The notes: generated by a model from the letters alone, not told the origin. 64,000 nucleotides of DNA from Candidatus Hydrogenedens sp. (GCA_049968235.1 JBMFRC010000001.1:320001-384000), one strand, 5' to 3'; positions 29,714 to 41,039 are shown, numbered from the stretch's first letter. A program made the numbers and translations.

Positions 29714-32293
29714 CTATTTTAGGGGAAGAGGGGTGAAAGTATCGGGGAGTGAGTCGAGGAATGTTTTGATTCGGATGGATTGGAAGTTTTTAATGGGGAA
29801 TTTGTTTTTAAGGAGGTATTCTCGTAGTGTTTTGGGTTTGAAAAATTTGCCTTTAATTATAGGGGTCTGCCATTGTAATAAGATGGAATTATTTTCGGTT
29901 CTTATTTCAACTGGGAATGGATTTAATGCGGATGTTTTTCCTTGTGCAATTTCTTCCAATTGTGAATGGATAAATATTTTTAGTTCTTCCATATCCTCTA
30001 TATTGTTTGATTTTTCTGTTTGAATAATAACTGCGTAGTGTAGTCCTGCTACACGCTCCATGATAGAAGGACTTGATATAGGAATAGATTCTACGGTATA
30101 TAAAAGGAAGCCCGTGGGTAGAGCGGATTGAATCCGTTTTTGAAGTTCGTCTGTATCTTTTTCTGTCTGAAGCCATATCTCGATATATTCTTCCAGTAAT
30201 ATCTCACCGACAGGAGCAGGTAAGGCTATGCTAATTCGTGCATGGGCATGATAACCCTGTGTGTATGCTAATGGCAGTTGTGTACGTCGCAGGGCACGAA
30301 TCCATGCGGTTTGGAATTCTAGATGGCTCAGGAAGCGAGATAATCCTACTTTACCCACTTTTAATAACAATCTCTGAATGGGATGATGTGAAGTAGATAC
30401 TGGTGGTAAATGAGAAGAAGACGTTTCAATTTCTATAATTGACTCTTTTTTTTCCTTTTTCCAATGGATACAATGAAAACCTTCTCGTTGTTGTATTCCA
30501 CATTGCAAGCAACCCTTTTCTCTGCAATCAGATGTAATTTTGTATTGATGAGCGTTCTGCCACTCTTTGTATAACCAATCTTTTTTAATTCCTGTGTCGA
30601 TGAAGTCCCAGGGGAAAGCCTCGTCCTCATTTCGTTCTCGGAGAAAATTTTCTCCCATCAGGTTATGTTTTTCAAGGGCATGTAACCAATGTTGAATTGA
30701 AATTTTATCTGTGGAGGTTTCTAATTTAGCACCTTCCTGCCATGCAGAGAGGATAACGGGACTTATTCTACGGTCTGCACGGCTAAGAAGCCCTTCGATA
30801 AAAGAGGCATCGGGGGTATGGAAATTTATTTTTATGGCTTTGTATTTTTTGAGTCCGCTTAATATTTTTTTCTGTTTTTCTGTGGTTTCTTCCAATGATA
30901 TTTGGTTTGCCCATTGGAAGGGTGTCCATGGTTTAGGAACAAAGGTAGATATGCCTAAATGGATATGTGCGGAATGCCGAATTTTTTTGGCGATGTTTAA
31001 ACATTGGATTGATAAATTGATTAATGCGTTCAAATCTTCTTCCGTTTCTGTAGGTAAACCAATCATGAAATATAATTTTACATGTGTCCATCCTTTTTGA
31101 AAGGCAATACGAATTATCTCCATTAAATCTTCATCTGTTACAGATTTATTTATCATCTTTCGTAATCTTTCTGAGCCTGCTTCCGGTGCGAAGGTTAGTC
31201 CACTCCGCCGAATAGCGGAAATAGAATCCGCTAATTTTACCGAGAAGGAGTCAAGCCGAAGCGATGGAAGGGATATACCGGTCATAGAAGGTTGAGTAAT
31301 TTGTCGGGTCTGATGTAAAAGGTCTTGAATTTGAGAATGGTCACAGGTGGAAAGGGATACAAGAGTAACTGTTTCTAATCCTGTATCAGGTAAGAACGAA
31401 GCGAGTAAGGTAGAGACTTCTTCGGGAGAACGTTCCCGAACTGGTCGAAAGGTACAGCCTGCAAGACAAAAACGACAGCCTCGAGTGCAACCCCGCATTA
31501 CTTCGATGGATAATCCGTCATGTATTAATGAAGCGAAAGGGACAATATATTTTCCTACAAAATTTTTTGTAGTTAATTCTTTCGTTATTGCACGACGAAC
31601 TTTCCTCGTTGAAGCATCGGGTATTGGGACACCATGTTGGTTGGAAGTAAGGGGAATAGTGTCAGGGACATAAATACCATCTATTCTGGAAAGCAATGCT
31701 AATTTTTTATCACGGCTTGCATCTTTATTTGTGAGAAGTATTTCTGCTATTTCTAAAATGATGTCTTCACCTTCGCCGATAACGAAAAAATCCATAAAAG
31801 GTGCCATAGGTTCGGGGTTAAAACAGCAAGGACCTCCGGCGCAAATTAATGGGTCTTCATTGGTACGGTCTTTTGCATATAAAGGTATATGAGCAAGGTC
31901 TAAAATATTCAGCACGGTGGTATAAGTCAATTCTGATTGAAGTGTTATGCCGACCCAATCACTTTGTTTAATGGGGTCTTTGGATTCCCAGAGAAATAGG
32001 GGGTAATTTTTTTGACGGAGTATTTGTTCTAAATCTGTAGCAGGTGCGTAAACTCGTTCTGCCCAGATATGGGGGTGCGAATTTAATAATGAGTATAAAA
32101 TTTGTAGTCCCAGATTCCCCAATCCTAATTCATATAAGTCAGGGAAAACCAGAGCGACCCGTAATTGAATTTCCTTTTTCGACTTGTGAATTGCATTCCA
32201 TTCAGTTCCCAGATAACGAGAAGGATGTTCCACATATGGAAGTATTTCATACTCGAAAACATTTTGATTTTCTGTTCGTTTTTTTATATTCAT
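29714..32293 (-). CDS. B12-binding-domain radical SAM protein of the TIGR03960 family fused to a TIGR03936 (DUF2344) domain
   Basis: CxxxCxxC radical SAM motif in MRGCTRGCRFCLAG. N-terminal region typical of TIGR03960. 859 aa. Confidence 0.7.
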   Translation of the reverse strand: MNIKKRTENQNVFEYEILPYVEHPSRYLGTEWNAIHKSKKEIQLRVALVFPDLYELGLGNLGLQILYSLLNSHPHIWAERVYAPATDLEQILRQKNYPLFLWESKDPIKQSDWVGITLQSELTYTTVLNILDLAHIPLYAKDRTNEDPLICAGGPCCFNPEPMAPFMDFFVIGEGEDIILEIAEILLTNKDASRDKKLALLSRIDGIYVPDTIPLTSNQHGVPIPDASTRKVRRAITKELTTKNFVGKYIVPFASLIHDGLSIEVMRGCTRGCRFCLAGCTFRPVRERSPEEVSTLLASFLPDTGLETVTLVSLSTCDHSQIQDLLHQTRQITQPSMTGISLPSLRLDSFSVKLADSISAIRRSGLTFAPEAGSERLRKMINKSVTDEDLMEIIRIAFQKGWTHVKLYFMIGLPTETEEDLNALINLSIQCLNIAKKIRHSAHIHLGISTFVPKPWTPFQWANQISLEETTEKQKKILSGLKKYKAIKINFHTPDASFIEGLLSRADRRISPVILSAWQEGAKLETSTDKISIQHWLHALEKHNLMGENFLRERNEDEAFPWDFIDTGIKKDWLYKEWQNAHQYKITSDCREKGCLQCGIQQREGFHCIHWKKEKKESIIEIETSSSHLPPVSTSHHPIQRLLLKVGKVGLSRFLSHLEFQTAWIRALRRTQLPLAYTQGYHAHARISIALPAPVGEILLEEYIEIWLQTEKDTDELQKRIQSALPTGFLLYTVESIPISSPSIMERVAGLHYAVIIQTEKSNNIEDMEELKIFIHSQLEEIAQGKTSALNPFPVEIRTENNSILLQWQTPIIKGKFFKPKTLREYLLKNKFPIKNFQSIRIKTFLDSLPDTFTPLPLK

Positions 32294-32300
32294 AATTACT

Positions 32301-33569
32301 TCATTTGGGGAATGATGGCAGGTAAGGGCTAACTTGTTGATTGGGTTTCGACCAGATAATTCTGCCTACAAGCACACACCCTTTTGCACCGCATTGTTTT
32401 GCGTCTTTACTGAACATTCCCTCACCAACAGTTACCCAGGTCTCTTCCGGAGAAACTGCGGATACGCCAAAATTTCCCATAGTGGCACCGCGTTCAGGTA
32501 AAACAATTTGTTCTGTCTTACGGATAACATATATTTGGTCATTATCTGTATTAACCTGAGCAATAAATAACGGAGCCCGATGTCGAATAATATGGTCATT
32601 ATTAGCACCTTTCCTTGTGTAAACAAGGAATAATCCATCGCTATGCACTGCCCAATGTTGTTGTGTATTATAACTACCTAATTCAATTCCATCATCAAAT
32701 AACCAGGGTTGTATTGGCTCATAATGTAGCCCATCATTACTCCATGTTACATATCCCCGTTCATCATTTCTAATAGTAAGATAATATTTCCCTTTATACT
32801 TTGCCAGGGAGGGTTCACACATTCCCCGGGGGACTTCATGCGTAATAATATTTCCGTTTTTTAGATAGATAAGTTTTTCTCCATCAAATTTTATATGTAG
32901 GACTGTTATGGAATAATTTTTGTTATTATCCTCTTTGTTTTTTGCGAAATAAATGGGCAGAAGAATGGTCCCATCAGGTTCGATTATCCATTGGGTACAA
33001 CCGGGCATAATGGAAAAAGCGTCTTTCAGGTCTCCACCCAAATCTAAGGTTTGCCATTTTGTCCATAAGTTTTTTTCGGGGTCGTAAATAGCATAAGCCC
33101 CTTCCAGACAGCCCTTATCCTCCCGGACTTGATGCCCATTATCGTCATATCGCAGGCGTATTCCGATAGCAATATATTTCTTTGTTTGTGGATGCCAGCC
33201 CGGGGTAACATCACAAACGCTTACTATATGTCCTCTTTCATCTTTTACCCAATCCAATTCCGGAACGGGTTGTGGTTCTGCCCATGTTTTTCCTCCGTCA
33301 TCCGTGTAAGAGAAAAACATACCGGAATAATAATCCGATACCATCAAATGCTTTTGCAAAGTCATTAACACTCGTGGATAGCCCTTAGAACTTATTACAG
33401 GTATTGTTGCTACACGCGGATGAAACCAGCAGAAATCATCTCCATCATAATTAAAAGCACATGACGGTTCTATTGCTCTTATAAGGTTTTCTTCCCCGGC
33501 ATAAGATAGTGAGGTAAAAAGAATGATGGATATAGAGAAGAAATGCAATTTAAAATAATGATTTTTCAT
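32301..33569 (-). CDS. BNR/Asp-box repeat glycoside hydrolase (sialidase-like beta-propeller), secreted
   Basis: Asp-box SYTDDGGKTW. Signal peptide after the second Met (better RBS aaggaaa). ORF table start is 33608. Confidence 0.5.
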   Translation of the reverse strand: MKNHYFKLHFFSISIILFTSLSYAGEENLIRAIEPSCAFNYDGDDFCWFHPRVATIPVISSKGYPRVLMTLQKHLMVSDYYSGMFFSYTDDGGKTWAEPQPVPELDWVKDERGHIVSVCDVTPGWHPQTKKYIAIGIRLRYDDNGHQVREDKGCLEGAYAIYDPEKNLWTKWQTLDLGGDLKDAFSIMPGCTQWIIEPDGTILLPIYFAKNKEDNNKNYSITVLHIKFDGEKLIYLKNGNIITHEVPRGMCEPSLAKYKGKYYLTIRNDERGYVTWSNDGLHYEPIQPWLFDDGIELGSYNTQQHWAVHSDGLFLVYTRKGANNDHIIRHRAPLFIAQVNTDNDQIYVIRKTEQIVLPERGATMGNFGVSAVSPEETWVTVGEGMFSKDAKQCGAKGCVLVGRIIWSKPNQQVSPYLPSFPK

Positions 33570-33890
33570 AACTATTTCCTTTTTGAAAAATGTAACAGTA
33601 GCAAACATATTATTTCGTATTTTGATGGCTATTTTAAAACAAAGGTACGCCGTTATGTGTCATAAAATGGGGAAAATGGATAAGGCAGAGGAAAGAATAG
33701 ACATTAGCAAGGCTACAGGTAATATTCGTTAAAGTATAAATATAACATCTTACCCCTGTGGAGTGAAATGCATCTTTTAGCCCACAATTATCTTACCCTC
33801 AGTGTTTGGTAGGAAAAGAGTTTCAAAAACCAGGTATTATTTTACTTAGAGGACATCCAAAAAACGCTCAGGAGGTATATGTTAGCAGTT

Positions 33891-34523
33891 TTACTTTATT
33901 CCCCTGCGTTTTAACTGTAAATATTTGTATTGCACCGCACATCCTAACAAGCCCAGTCCGAACCATGTGAGCATACTAACCATTCGGAAATAAGATGGTT
34001 CAAAATCGGTAGTGATAGAAAGGATACCTATCAGTTCCAGCAATCGTACCATAGCCCACACAATAATCAGCGAACCGATGGAGGATGTTGCAACAACAAT
34101 AACTATTTTTTCAATAAGAAAAGATAGAACACCTCCAAATATACCCGACATAAGTAAAATAATAGGATTATTCATCACAGGTAGCAAAATAATCCCAAAA
34201 GAAAATCCACCAATCATACCTAACAAAAATATTCCCGATTTGTAGAAAAGAATTGCTAAAAGGCTACCTATTATACCTAAAAGGAGTGAAAGAGCAATTG
34301 TTAGAGGGAAAAAATGCATCATATATCCTCCTAAAAATAGGAAGGAAGCAGAACTTAGTATGCCAAAACCCAGCAATCCGATAATCCAGTAAATCAGGCG
34401 ATAACCTGTAAAACACATCAGGAACCCCAAAACTATTATAAATAATATTGCAGACATATGTATAGGATAATTTAATATTTGTTGATAAATATCTACAGGT
34501 TTAATCAGACAAAAATAACTCAC
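33891..34523 (-). CDS. Polytopic membrane protein, unknown function (~6 TM)
   Basis: Highly hydrophobic 210-aa ORF immediately downstream of the secreted protein 34536-35621. Confidence 0.4.
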   Translation of the reverse strand: MSYFCLIKPVDIYQQILNYPIHMSAILFIIVLGFLMCFTGYRLIYWIIGLLGFGILSSASFLFLGGYMMHFFPLTIALSLLLGIIGSLLAILFYKSGIFLLGMIGGFSFGIILLPVMNNPIILLMSGIFGGVLSFLIEKIVIVVATSSIGSLIIVWAMVRLLELIGILSITTDFEPSYFRMVSMLTWFGLGLLGCAVQYKYLQLKRRGIK

Positions 34524-34535
34524 TTTTCCCTCAAA

Positions 34536-35621
34536 TCAAGTCGTGGTCTTCCTTTGTTTCTTGTATGAGAACCCGAGTAGTAGCAAAGTTAAGAGTAGAA
34601 TGGATATATCCCCTTTGTTTATCGATTCACTTCTCTGTTGAGAATCTATATTACAGGAAATAACATTTCGTAACCACGAACCTTGCCCTCCCATGTAAAT
34701 ATAGTATTTTTCCCCATATACCTCAATTACAAGTATTCCGGATACTTTATTAAAATCTCGAGGTGTAAATTTAACCTGAAATTTTACTATTCCCTGGGGT
34801 TCTACCAGAAATGTTCGTTCTCCGATAATCTGAAATTCAGGTTCTCCAATAATCCAGATGTAAAAGGGGATGTCTTCCGTGCCAATGTTCTGAACCGTAA
34901 ATTCGCTAACCACCGAATTTTTCAAGGATATACTACCGAAGTTCAGCATACTATTTACTGCGGGTGTAATTATTAGAGGGACATCTTTATCAATAGGCGG
35001 AATTTCAATTTCCCCTTCGTTAGGATTTTCTTGTGGAGTTACTGCATACTGAACAAACAAATCGAAATCTCCTTCCGCTAATAGGAACTCTTTGCGGTTC
35101 GAAATTAGGTCCCCATCAAGGTCTGCAGTTGCCCGTAGATATAATCCACCACTTAAATTATAATTTTTTAAATCAATATTAATTCCGACTTGACTAATAG
35201 CCCCTTGTACAAAGTACTGAATAGCCACAGGTTCTCCCATCGTAATAATTGCAGCACTGAAACGTTCAATCTCATCACAGGTAATACCATACAATTGCTG
35301 GATTGCTATACATTTACTACCCAATGTATTGTCCTTTTTTATCTGAACCCAATTAAAGTAATAAATGGAAAGCAGTAGGTCATGGTTAGGTACCGTCTCA
35401 TCTCTGAGAACACGGTCCAATAATCTCGCATGAGCACGGTCGGAAATGCCATTTTTATCCACATCGACCAGGTCAGGGTCGGTATCCGGGTCAAAGGCTT
35501 TGGTAATTTTTACAAAGGTATTCTCTGCTTCAATATCTAAAACATAGGCGGTCGAAGAAAAAAATAAAAATAAAGTAAAACCAAGAAAAATAATCGTTTT
35601 TTGTATATAAAAACTATTCAT
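34536..35621 (-). CDS. Secreted protein with Ig-like beta-sandwich domain and C-terminal hydrophobic+basic tail
   Basis: Signal peptide. Tail NKGDISILLLTLLLLGFSYKKQRK resembles the tails of the giant surface proteins. Confidence 0.45.
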   Translation of the reverse strand: MNSFYIQKTIIFLGFTLFLFFSSTAYVLDIEAENTFVKITKAFDPDTDPDLVDVDKNGISDRAHARLLDRVLRDETVPNHDLLLSIYYFNWVQIKKDNTLGSKCIAIQQLYGITCDEIERFSAAIITMGEPVAIQYFVQGAISQVGINIDLKNYNLSGGLYLRATADLDGDLISNRKEFLLAEGDFDLFVQYAVTPQENPNEGEIEIPPIDKDVPLIITPAVNSMLNFGSISLKNSVVSEFTVQNIGTEDIPFYIWIIGEPEFQIIGERTFLVEPQGIVKFQVKFTPRDFNKVSGILVIEVYGEKYYIYMGGQGSWLRNVISCNIDSQQRSESINKGDISILLLTLLLLGFSYKKQRKTTT

Positions 35622-35757
35622 ATTCCAATAATTAAGTTATCCGTTTTTTTATTAGACTGTATTTGCTGTAAAATAGATTTATAATATTTACATTTATTTA
35701 TTGAATATCGTTCCAATACTCTTAGTTTCATTATATTAAATTCACGAGGATAAAACA

Positions 35758-35979
35758 ATGAAGTATTTTAAAATCGCACAATTTGTTCCCGGAAAGGGCG
35801 ATGCCTGGACTTATTACGAATGTGATGATAAAGAAACGATACAACGACAATTAACATATATTCCCGAAACAGGTGAAATTTCAAAAGTACCTGACCCTAT
35901 TGTCAAAAGGCTATATCGTCCGGAATTATTAGAACCTTCAACCTCAGAAGAATTTATATCCCTCTGGGGGAAAGAATAA
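35758..35979 (+). CDS. Small hypothetical protein (73 aa)
   Basis: Intergenic location. GAGGA RBS 8 nt upstream of ATG. Confidence 0.35.
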   Translation: MKYFKIAQFVPGKGDAWTYYECDDKETIQRQLTYIPETGEISKVPDPIVKRLYRPELLEPSTSEEFISLWGKE

Positions 35980-36010
35980 CTTATTAAAGATATGATACGG
36001 AGTATATGAA

Positions 36011-36877
36011 TTGAAAATTAGAAGTCCTTATTTAAATTCTGTAAATTCTATTTGGGTAAAAGGCAATTTACACACACATACAACCGTAAGTGATGGTTCT
36101 TTTAGTCCACAGGATACTATATCCCGATATGCATCCATGGGTTATCAATTTCTTATGTTCAGCGACCATGATTTAATTACTCCTATAAATGGGCTGGACA
36201 CAAAAGGAATGATAATCATTCCGGGAAATGAAATCACAAATGACGGACCTCACCTCCTTCATGTAAATGCGAAGAAGAAAGTTGAACCCTATCCAAACCG
36301 ACAGAAGGTCCTGGATGAAATTCAAAAAGATAGCAATTTTGCTATTATTTCTCATCCTAACTGGGAAGAAGATTTTAATCACTGTCCCCAGGAGTTGTTG
36401 GAGAAATGGGAACATTACACCGGTATCGAGATATACAACGGTATTGTCCGTCGCCTACCGGGTAACCCCTGTGCCACAGACCGCTGGGACTTACTCCTTT
36501 CTCGGGGAAAATTTGTCTGGGGATATGCCCATGATGATGCCCATTGGGAAGAAAATTTCGGCGTTGCATGGAATGTCGCACAGGTCGAAAGTTTAACATT
36601 AGAGAATGTTCTTAATGCCCTAAAAAATGGAAACTTCTATACCAGCACAGGAGTTGAGATAGAAAAAATCCATGTAAATTCAAATACAATATCCATAACC
36701 ACATCCAATGCTAAGAAAATCGCTGTTATCGTTGATTATGGACGGAGAGTTAAAGAGGTTTGTGGGAATTCCATTTGTTATGAAATTAGTGAGACATTTC
36801 CATATTCCTACATTCGTTTTGAATGTTGGGGAGAAGGTGAAGCCCAGGCATGGACACAGCCATTCCAGTTCGTATAG
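36011..36877 (+). CDS. PHP-domain metal-dependent phosphoesterase
   Basis: GNLHTHTTVSDG PHP motif I. Later His/Asp motifs FSDHD, ISHPN. TTG start per ORF table. Confidence 0.7.
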   Translation: MKIRSPYLNSVNSIWVKGNLHTHTTVSDGSFSPQDTISRYASMGYQFLMFSDHDLITPINGLDTKGMIIIPGNEITNDGPHLLHVNAKKKVEPYPNRQKVLDEIQKDSNFAIISHPNWEEDFNHCPQELLEKWEHYTGIEIYNGIVRRLPGNPCATDRWDLLLSRGKFVWGYAHDDAHWEENFGVAWNVAQVESLTLENVLNALKNGNFYTSTGVEIEKIHVNSNTISITTSNAKKIAVIVDYGRRVKEVCGNSICYEISETFPYSYIRFECWGEGEAQAWTQPFQFV

Positions 36878-37066
36878 AGATGAAAAAATAAAGTATACTC
36901 AACATAAAGAAGGAATATATACAAAAATACAAACAAGATTGTTTCTATGAAATATCACAAATTTTTTTTTTCGACATCCAAAAGTTGTTTATTATATGAT
37001 TAAAAACCCGGTATATTAAAATCTGAAATAAAAATGACAAAAAAACATCTATGAAGGAGTTGTATC

Positions 37067-38635
37067 TTGATTGAGTATGTAACATTACATTGGATAGATT
37101 TAACGATCATTGGCGTTTATATGGTAGGTTGTTTTGCATTAGGCACCTATACCAGTCGGTATATTGAAAATGCAGGAGATTTCTTTATTTCAGGTAAATC
37201 CCTCCCTTTCTGGGCGATTGCATTTTCTATCGTTGTGAGTGACATCGGAGCCTTAGACTTTGTTGGAGTTGCCGGAAATGCTTATAGATACGGAGTATCT
37301 GCTGCTAATTTTGACTGGTTAGGGTCCATGCCTGCTATGGTATTTGCCGCATTTATATTTGTTCCTTACTTCTGGCGTTCAGGGGTATTTACCATTCCCG
37401 AATTTTTAGGAAGAAGATATAACTCAGCGGTTCAGGTAATTAATGCTCTTATCTGGACCTCTGTAATGTTATTGTCTCTGATGATAATGCTCTGGACAAC
37501 AGCGGATGACCTTGTCTATACCATTTTAGGATATAAACCTATATATACAGTTTGGGTTATGGCGGGTGTTACAGGTTTCTATACCTTTGCAGGAGGATTA
37601 TCCGCCGTGGTAATGACCGATGTAGTTCAGTTAATAGTAATGTATGTTGGGGGGTTAGGTTTGCTGGCATTAAGTTTATGGGAAGTCGGTGGATGGAGTG
37701 TTATGAGAGCCAAAATAGAGGCACTCGGTCCGGAATATGCAAATCATTTTACAATTCTTCTGCCAAACAGCATAGAAAATCCATTCCCATGGACAGGAAT
37801 TGTCTTCGGTCTGGGTATTGTTCTTGCCATCGCTTATATGAGTGGAAATCAGGCAATTGTTCACAGAACATTGGGCGCCCGTTCTGAATGGGATGCCAAA
37901 GCAGGGATGCTCATGGGAGGTTTTTTGAAGTCTTTTATTCCATTAATGGTAGCTCTGCCCGGACTCTGCGCTATTGTTTATCTGCATGAAAGAAACATTA
38001 TATTGCATGAACAGGATAAAGTTATTCCCACTATGATACGGATGATGCTACCACCAGGATTACGAGGACTTATGTTTGCAGCTCTTTTTGCTGCATTAAT
38101 GTCCAGTATCTCCGGCACTCTTAGTTCTGCTTCCACCATATTTGTTACAGATATTTTCAATAAGCTCTGGACATTAGGAAGAAAAAAATCATTAGACGAA
38201 AAACAGGCTTTATATGTGGGACGAGGTTTTACCTTGTTTCTTATCATAAGTAGTGCCATCTTTGCGGAACAAATATCACGAGTTGGTGGAATTTATAATT
38301 TTATCCAAACTATTTTGTCTCTATTTCAAGGTCCCTCTCTGGCTATTCTATTGCTTGGAATTATGTGGAAACGAGCCACCGGTTGGGGAGGTCTGGTAGG
38401 CTTAATATCCGGCGTCTTTTTCTGTTTTATTTTATGGTGTGTTCCCAACCTATTCCCTGCAGAAGACCCATTCTTATTTGTTTCCATGTGGTCTTTTGTC
38501 TTCTCAATCATTGTTACTGTAATAGTTAGTCTTCTAACCCCGCCCGAACCCGAAGAAAAGATTCGGGGTTTGGTCTGGGGGTCTGTTGTTCAGGATATAA
38601 AAGCACAAAAAGCCTTAGCGGAAAGGATTCAATAA
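37067..38635 (+). CDS. Sodium:solute symporter (SSS) family transporter
   Basis: 13-14 TM. SSS family similarity (e.g. FFISGKSLPFWAIAFSIV..., GNQAIVHRTL). Confidence 0.85.
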   Translation: MIEYVTLHWIDLTIIGVYMVGCFALGTYTSRYIENAGDFFISGKSLPFWAIAFSIVVSDIGALDFVGVAGNAYRYGVSAANFDWLGSMPAMVFAAFIFVPYFWRSGVFTIPEFLGRRYNSAVQVINALIWTSVMLLSLMIMLWTTADDLVYTILGYKPIYTVWVMAGVTGFYTFAGGLSAVVMTDVVQLIVMYVGGLGLLALSLWEVGGWSVMRAKIEALGPEYANHFTILLPNSIENPFPWTGIVFGLGIVLAIAYMSGNQAIVHRTLGARSEWDAKAGMLMGGFLKSFIPLMVALPGLCAIVYLHERNIILHEQDKVIPTMIRMMLPPGLRGLMFAALFAALMSSISGTLSSASTIFVTDIFNKLWTLGRKKSLDEKQALYVGRGFTLFLIISSAIFAEQISRVGGIYNFIQTILSLFQGPSLAILLLGIMWKRATGWGGLVGLISGVFFCFILWCVPNLFPAEDPFLFVSMWSFVFSIIVTVIVSLLTPPEPEEKIRGLVWGSVVQDIKAQKALAERIQ

Positions 38636-39078
38636 TGAATATCTATACAAAAACTATTTTTTCTATACTCTTTGTTCCCATAATTTGCACTATGTTTTCC
38701 ATTAGCGCATTTACACAAACAAATGAAACTGCCTCTAAAGATGTGGATATTCCCAAAGCAGAGGTTTCTTACATATTTCATCTTGCAGATAAAGTAGTGG
38801 ACAGTTGGTTAGCGTTCCTAGACGGATTGGGCAGGACATTTGACCCTATCATAAGACCTATTTTCAGACCTATTACAACATTCTTAGAACGCACTTATCA
38901 GCCCTGGGCTAAAATATGTGCTCTGGGATTATTTGTTGGCACTATGCTCTGGGTATGGCTCGGAATGCCTAAAGAATATGTTAACCTGGGTAGAAAAAAG
39001 AAAACTGTGTGGACAGATCTAAGATTGTGGACAATCATTTCCATGCTTCCTCATATTATTGTATATCTATACTTCTAA
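38635..39078 (+). CDS. Small membrane protein (possible symporter-associated subunit)
   Basis: ATGA overlap with the SSS gene stop. Signal/TM at N-terminus and a second TM. Confidence 0.4.
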   Translation: MNIYTKTIFSILFVPIICTMFSISAFTQTNETASKDVDIPKAEVSYIFHLADKVVDSWLAFLDGLGRTFDPIIRPIFRPITTFLERTYQPWAKICALGLFVGTMLWVWLGMPKEYVNLGRKKKTVWTDLRLWTIISMLPHIIVYLYF

Positions 39079-39094
39079 CTTAGGAGATTTTCAT

Positions 39095-39388
39095 ATGGCA
39101 AACGAAGAAAAGAACATAAATACTCAGGACCGCGGCGAAATGCACCGCATTGATAATGAACGAAATCAAGGAGTGCAATTAGAACATAGAGATGCAGAAT
39201 TATATATTGTGATGGGGATTTTTGTAGTGGCTTTAGGTTTGCCTGTTATTTTAGGGACTTATTTCTCCATGCAAGCAAGTAATTACCGACCCGCAGTTGT
39301 GAATTTTATTTGCGGTGTTGTAATGACGGGTATTGGAATAGCATCAATCCTTTACGGCTGGGCTATGAAGAAAAGACTCTTGTCGTGA
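39095..39388 (+). CDS. Small 2-TM membrane protein
   Basis: TAGGAG RBS 8 nt upstream of ATG at 39095. ORF table start (TTG 39059) is less likely. Confidence 0.4.
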   Translation: MANEEKNINTQDRGEMHRIDNERNQGVQLEHRDAELYIVMGIFVVALGLPVILGTYFSMQASNYRPAVVNFICGVVMTGIGIASILYGWAMKKRLLS

Positions 39389-40011
39389 ACAACACAGTTC
39401 CTTCAGGATATATACCGCTTCGTTATACACAAAAAGAAGTTCCTTTACGACTGCCTGTCCCGCGATTTTATCGCTATCGAACACAGATTAGTAAATTATT
39501 TCTATCATTCTCAGGCAAAGTAGTCCCTCTACCCATACAAGAATTACCTAAGTATGAGTTAGTCGCCTGGCCTCTGTATATAGTCCGATTCTTTTTACAG
39601 TCTGGTACAGAGAAAACACAAGAAATATTTATCGCTGTAGATGCCTGGACAAGAACAATTGCACGATTTGAGCGTATAAAAGAGATACAAGACACTCCTA
39701 CCGCAGATTTTCAATTATGGATTAAACCTTCTATATCATTAGACGAAGTAAAATCTATCGCCCGGTACGGACTCATGCATCAGTTGCTACGCCAGCGAAG
39801 ATTACAACCTGCCCCTGAAACGGTTATACCCGAAATTATATTTTTAGTTTATACGCCTATATGGGCATGTTATTTTGCACGAACTCTACACTCCTTAGAT
39901 GTTCGACTTCTCGATGGTTATTCCGGTGAAAAAATAGGTTCCCAAACCCGAAGTGCCTTCTTAAATGCTCTGATACATCATCACTCTGAAAAATCAGGAA
40001 CTTCTTATTGA
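39385..40011 (+). CDS. Hypothetical protein
   Basis: GTG at 39385 overlaps the upstream TGA (GTGA coupling). The ORF table extends the frame to 39310. Confidence 0.35.
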   Translation: MNNTVPSGYIPLRYTQKEVPLRLPVPRFYRYRTQISKLFLSFSGKVVPLPIQELPKYELVAWPLYIVRFFLQSGTEKTQEIFIAVDAWTRTIARFERIKEIQDTPTADFQLWIKPSISLDEVKSIARYGLMHQLLRQRRLQPAPETVIPEIIFLVYTPIWACYFARTLHSLDVRLLDGYSGEKIGSQTRSAFLNALIHHHSEKSGTSY

Positions 40012-40169
40012 AAACAACTATATACTTTGTATATACCTATTAAAAACTTTCACCTCGAACAATCGGAAATTATTTTAATATAAATTAGTGGAAACTTTTT
40101 ATATTTGTGCTAAAGTTAATATAACACCTAAAAAGTTTGCAGTAAATTTCCCCAGATAATGCAAATATT

Positions 40170-40981
40170 CTACATGGCCAGCAAGATATAAAACATTTCC
40201 TCCTCCCGGAAATGATTAAAATGAGCCGAATTCCCAAAAGCACCAAACTCATCCCACATTACAGGAAGTTCACTTGCAGATAATGATAATCTCGAAGGAT
40301 TATTAATATCTGTAATTAAAAATCGCTCAACACATTTTCTTAATCTCGGAACAGGACTTAAATCACCTAATTTCACGGCAAACCTATCTTTTATAGGAAG
40401 GGAATCGTCATACATCTTTACTACCTACTGTAACATTCCTATCCTCTCGGGCTTAAAATACTGAATAGCCTGAATCATAACCGCGCAAGGGTCTACTCCG
40501 AGAGGAAGTTACTTGTGTTTGATGGAAGAGGCACACCTGGTTTAATTAGCATATCAGGGTGTGGAGCCCATCCAAAATAATTGTAACTGCCTTTATCAAA
40601 TTGGCAGGGTAATATAGGTTTATTGAAATCATAATCTACATGAAATCTCGTACGAACAGATTCTGCATCAGAATCAGAAAGGAATACACAGATATTAAAA
40701 TCCGGCATATATTCTGGATACAATAGGGTAGGTTCAAAAATTGCATCGAAAACGAAATTGCCATGACAATCTAATAATTTTATGGGAGGATAATACTCTC
40801 CCTTTGCTTCATTCGCATACATTTCAAATATTACACCCATTTGTTTTAAATTATTCTGACATGACGAATGTCTTACCGTCTCTCTTGCTCTTGCTTATGC
40901 AGGCGATAATATTGTAGCAAGATTCCCTATAATCGCAATGACAACTAATAATTCAATCAGCGTAAATCCTTTCTTTTTCAT
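40170..40981 (-). pseudogene. DUF1559 / prepilin-type N-terminal cleavage-methylation domain protein, disrupted
   Basis: Start MKKKGFTLIELLVVIAIIGNLATILSPA, then in-frame TAA at 40895-40897 where the family has Leu, then ARARETVRHSSCQNNLKQMG (canonical DUF1559 continuation). A second break lies between ORFs 40493-40840 and 40170-40415. C-terminal FGNSAH motif. Confidence 0.6.
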
Positions 40982-41039
40982 TTTTAATCTCCTTTCCAAA
41001 TAAGGTTAAAATTTTATTTTTATCGATATGAGTTCTTTA

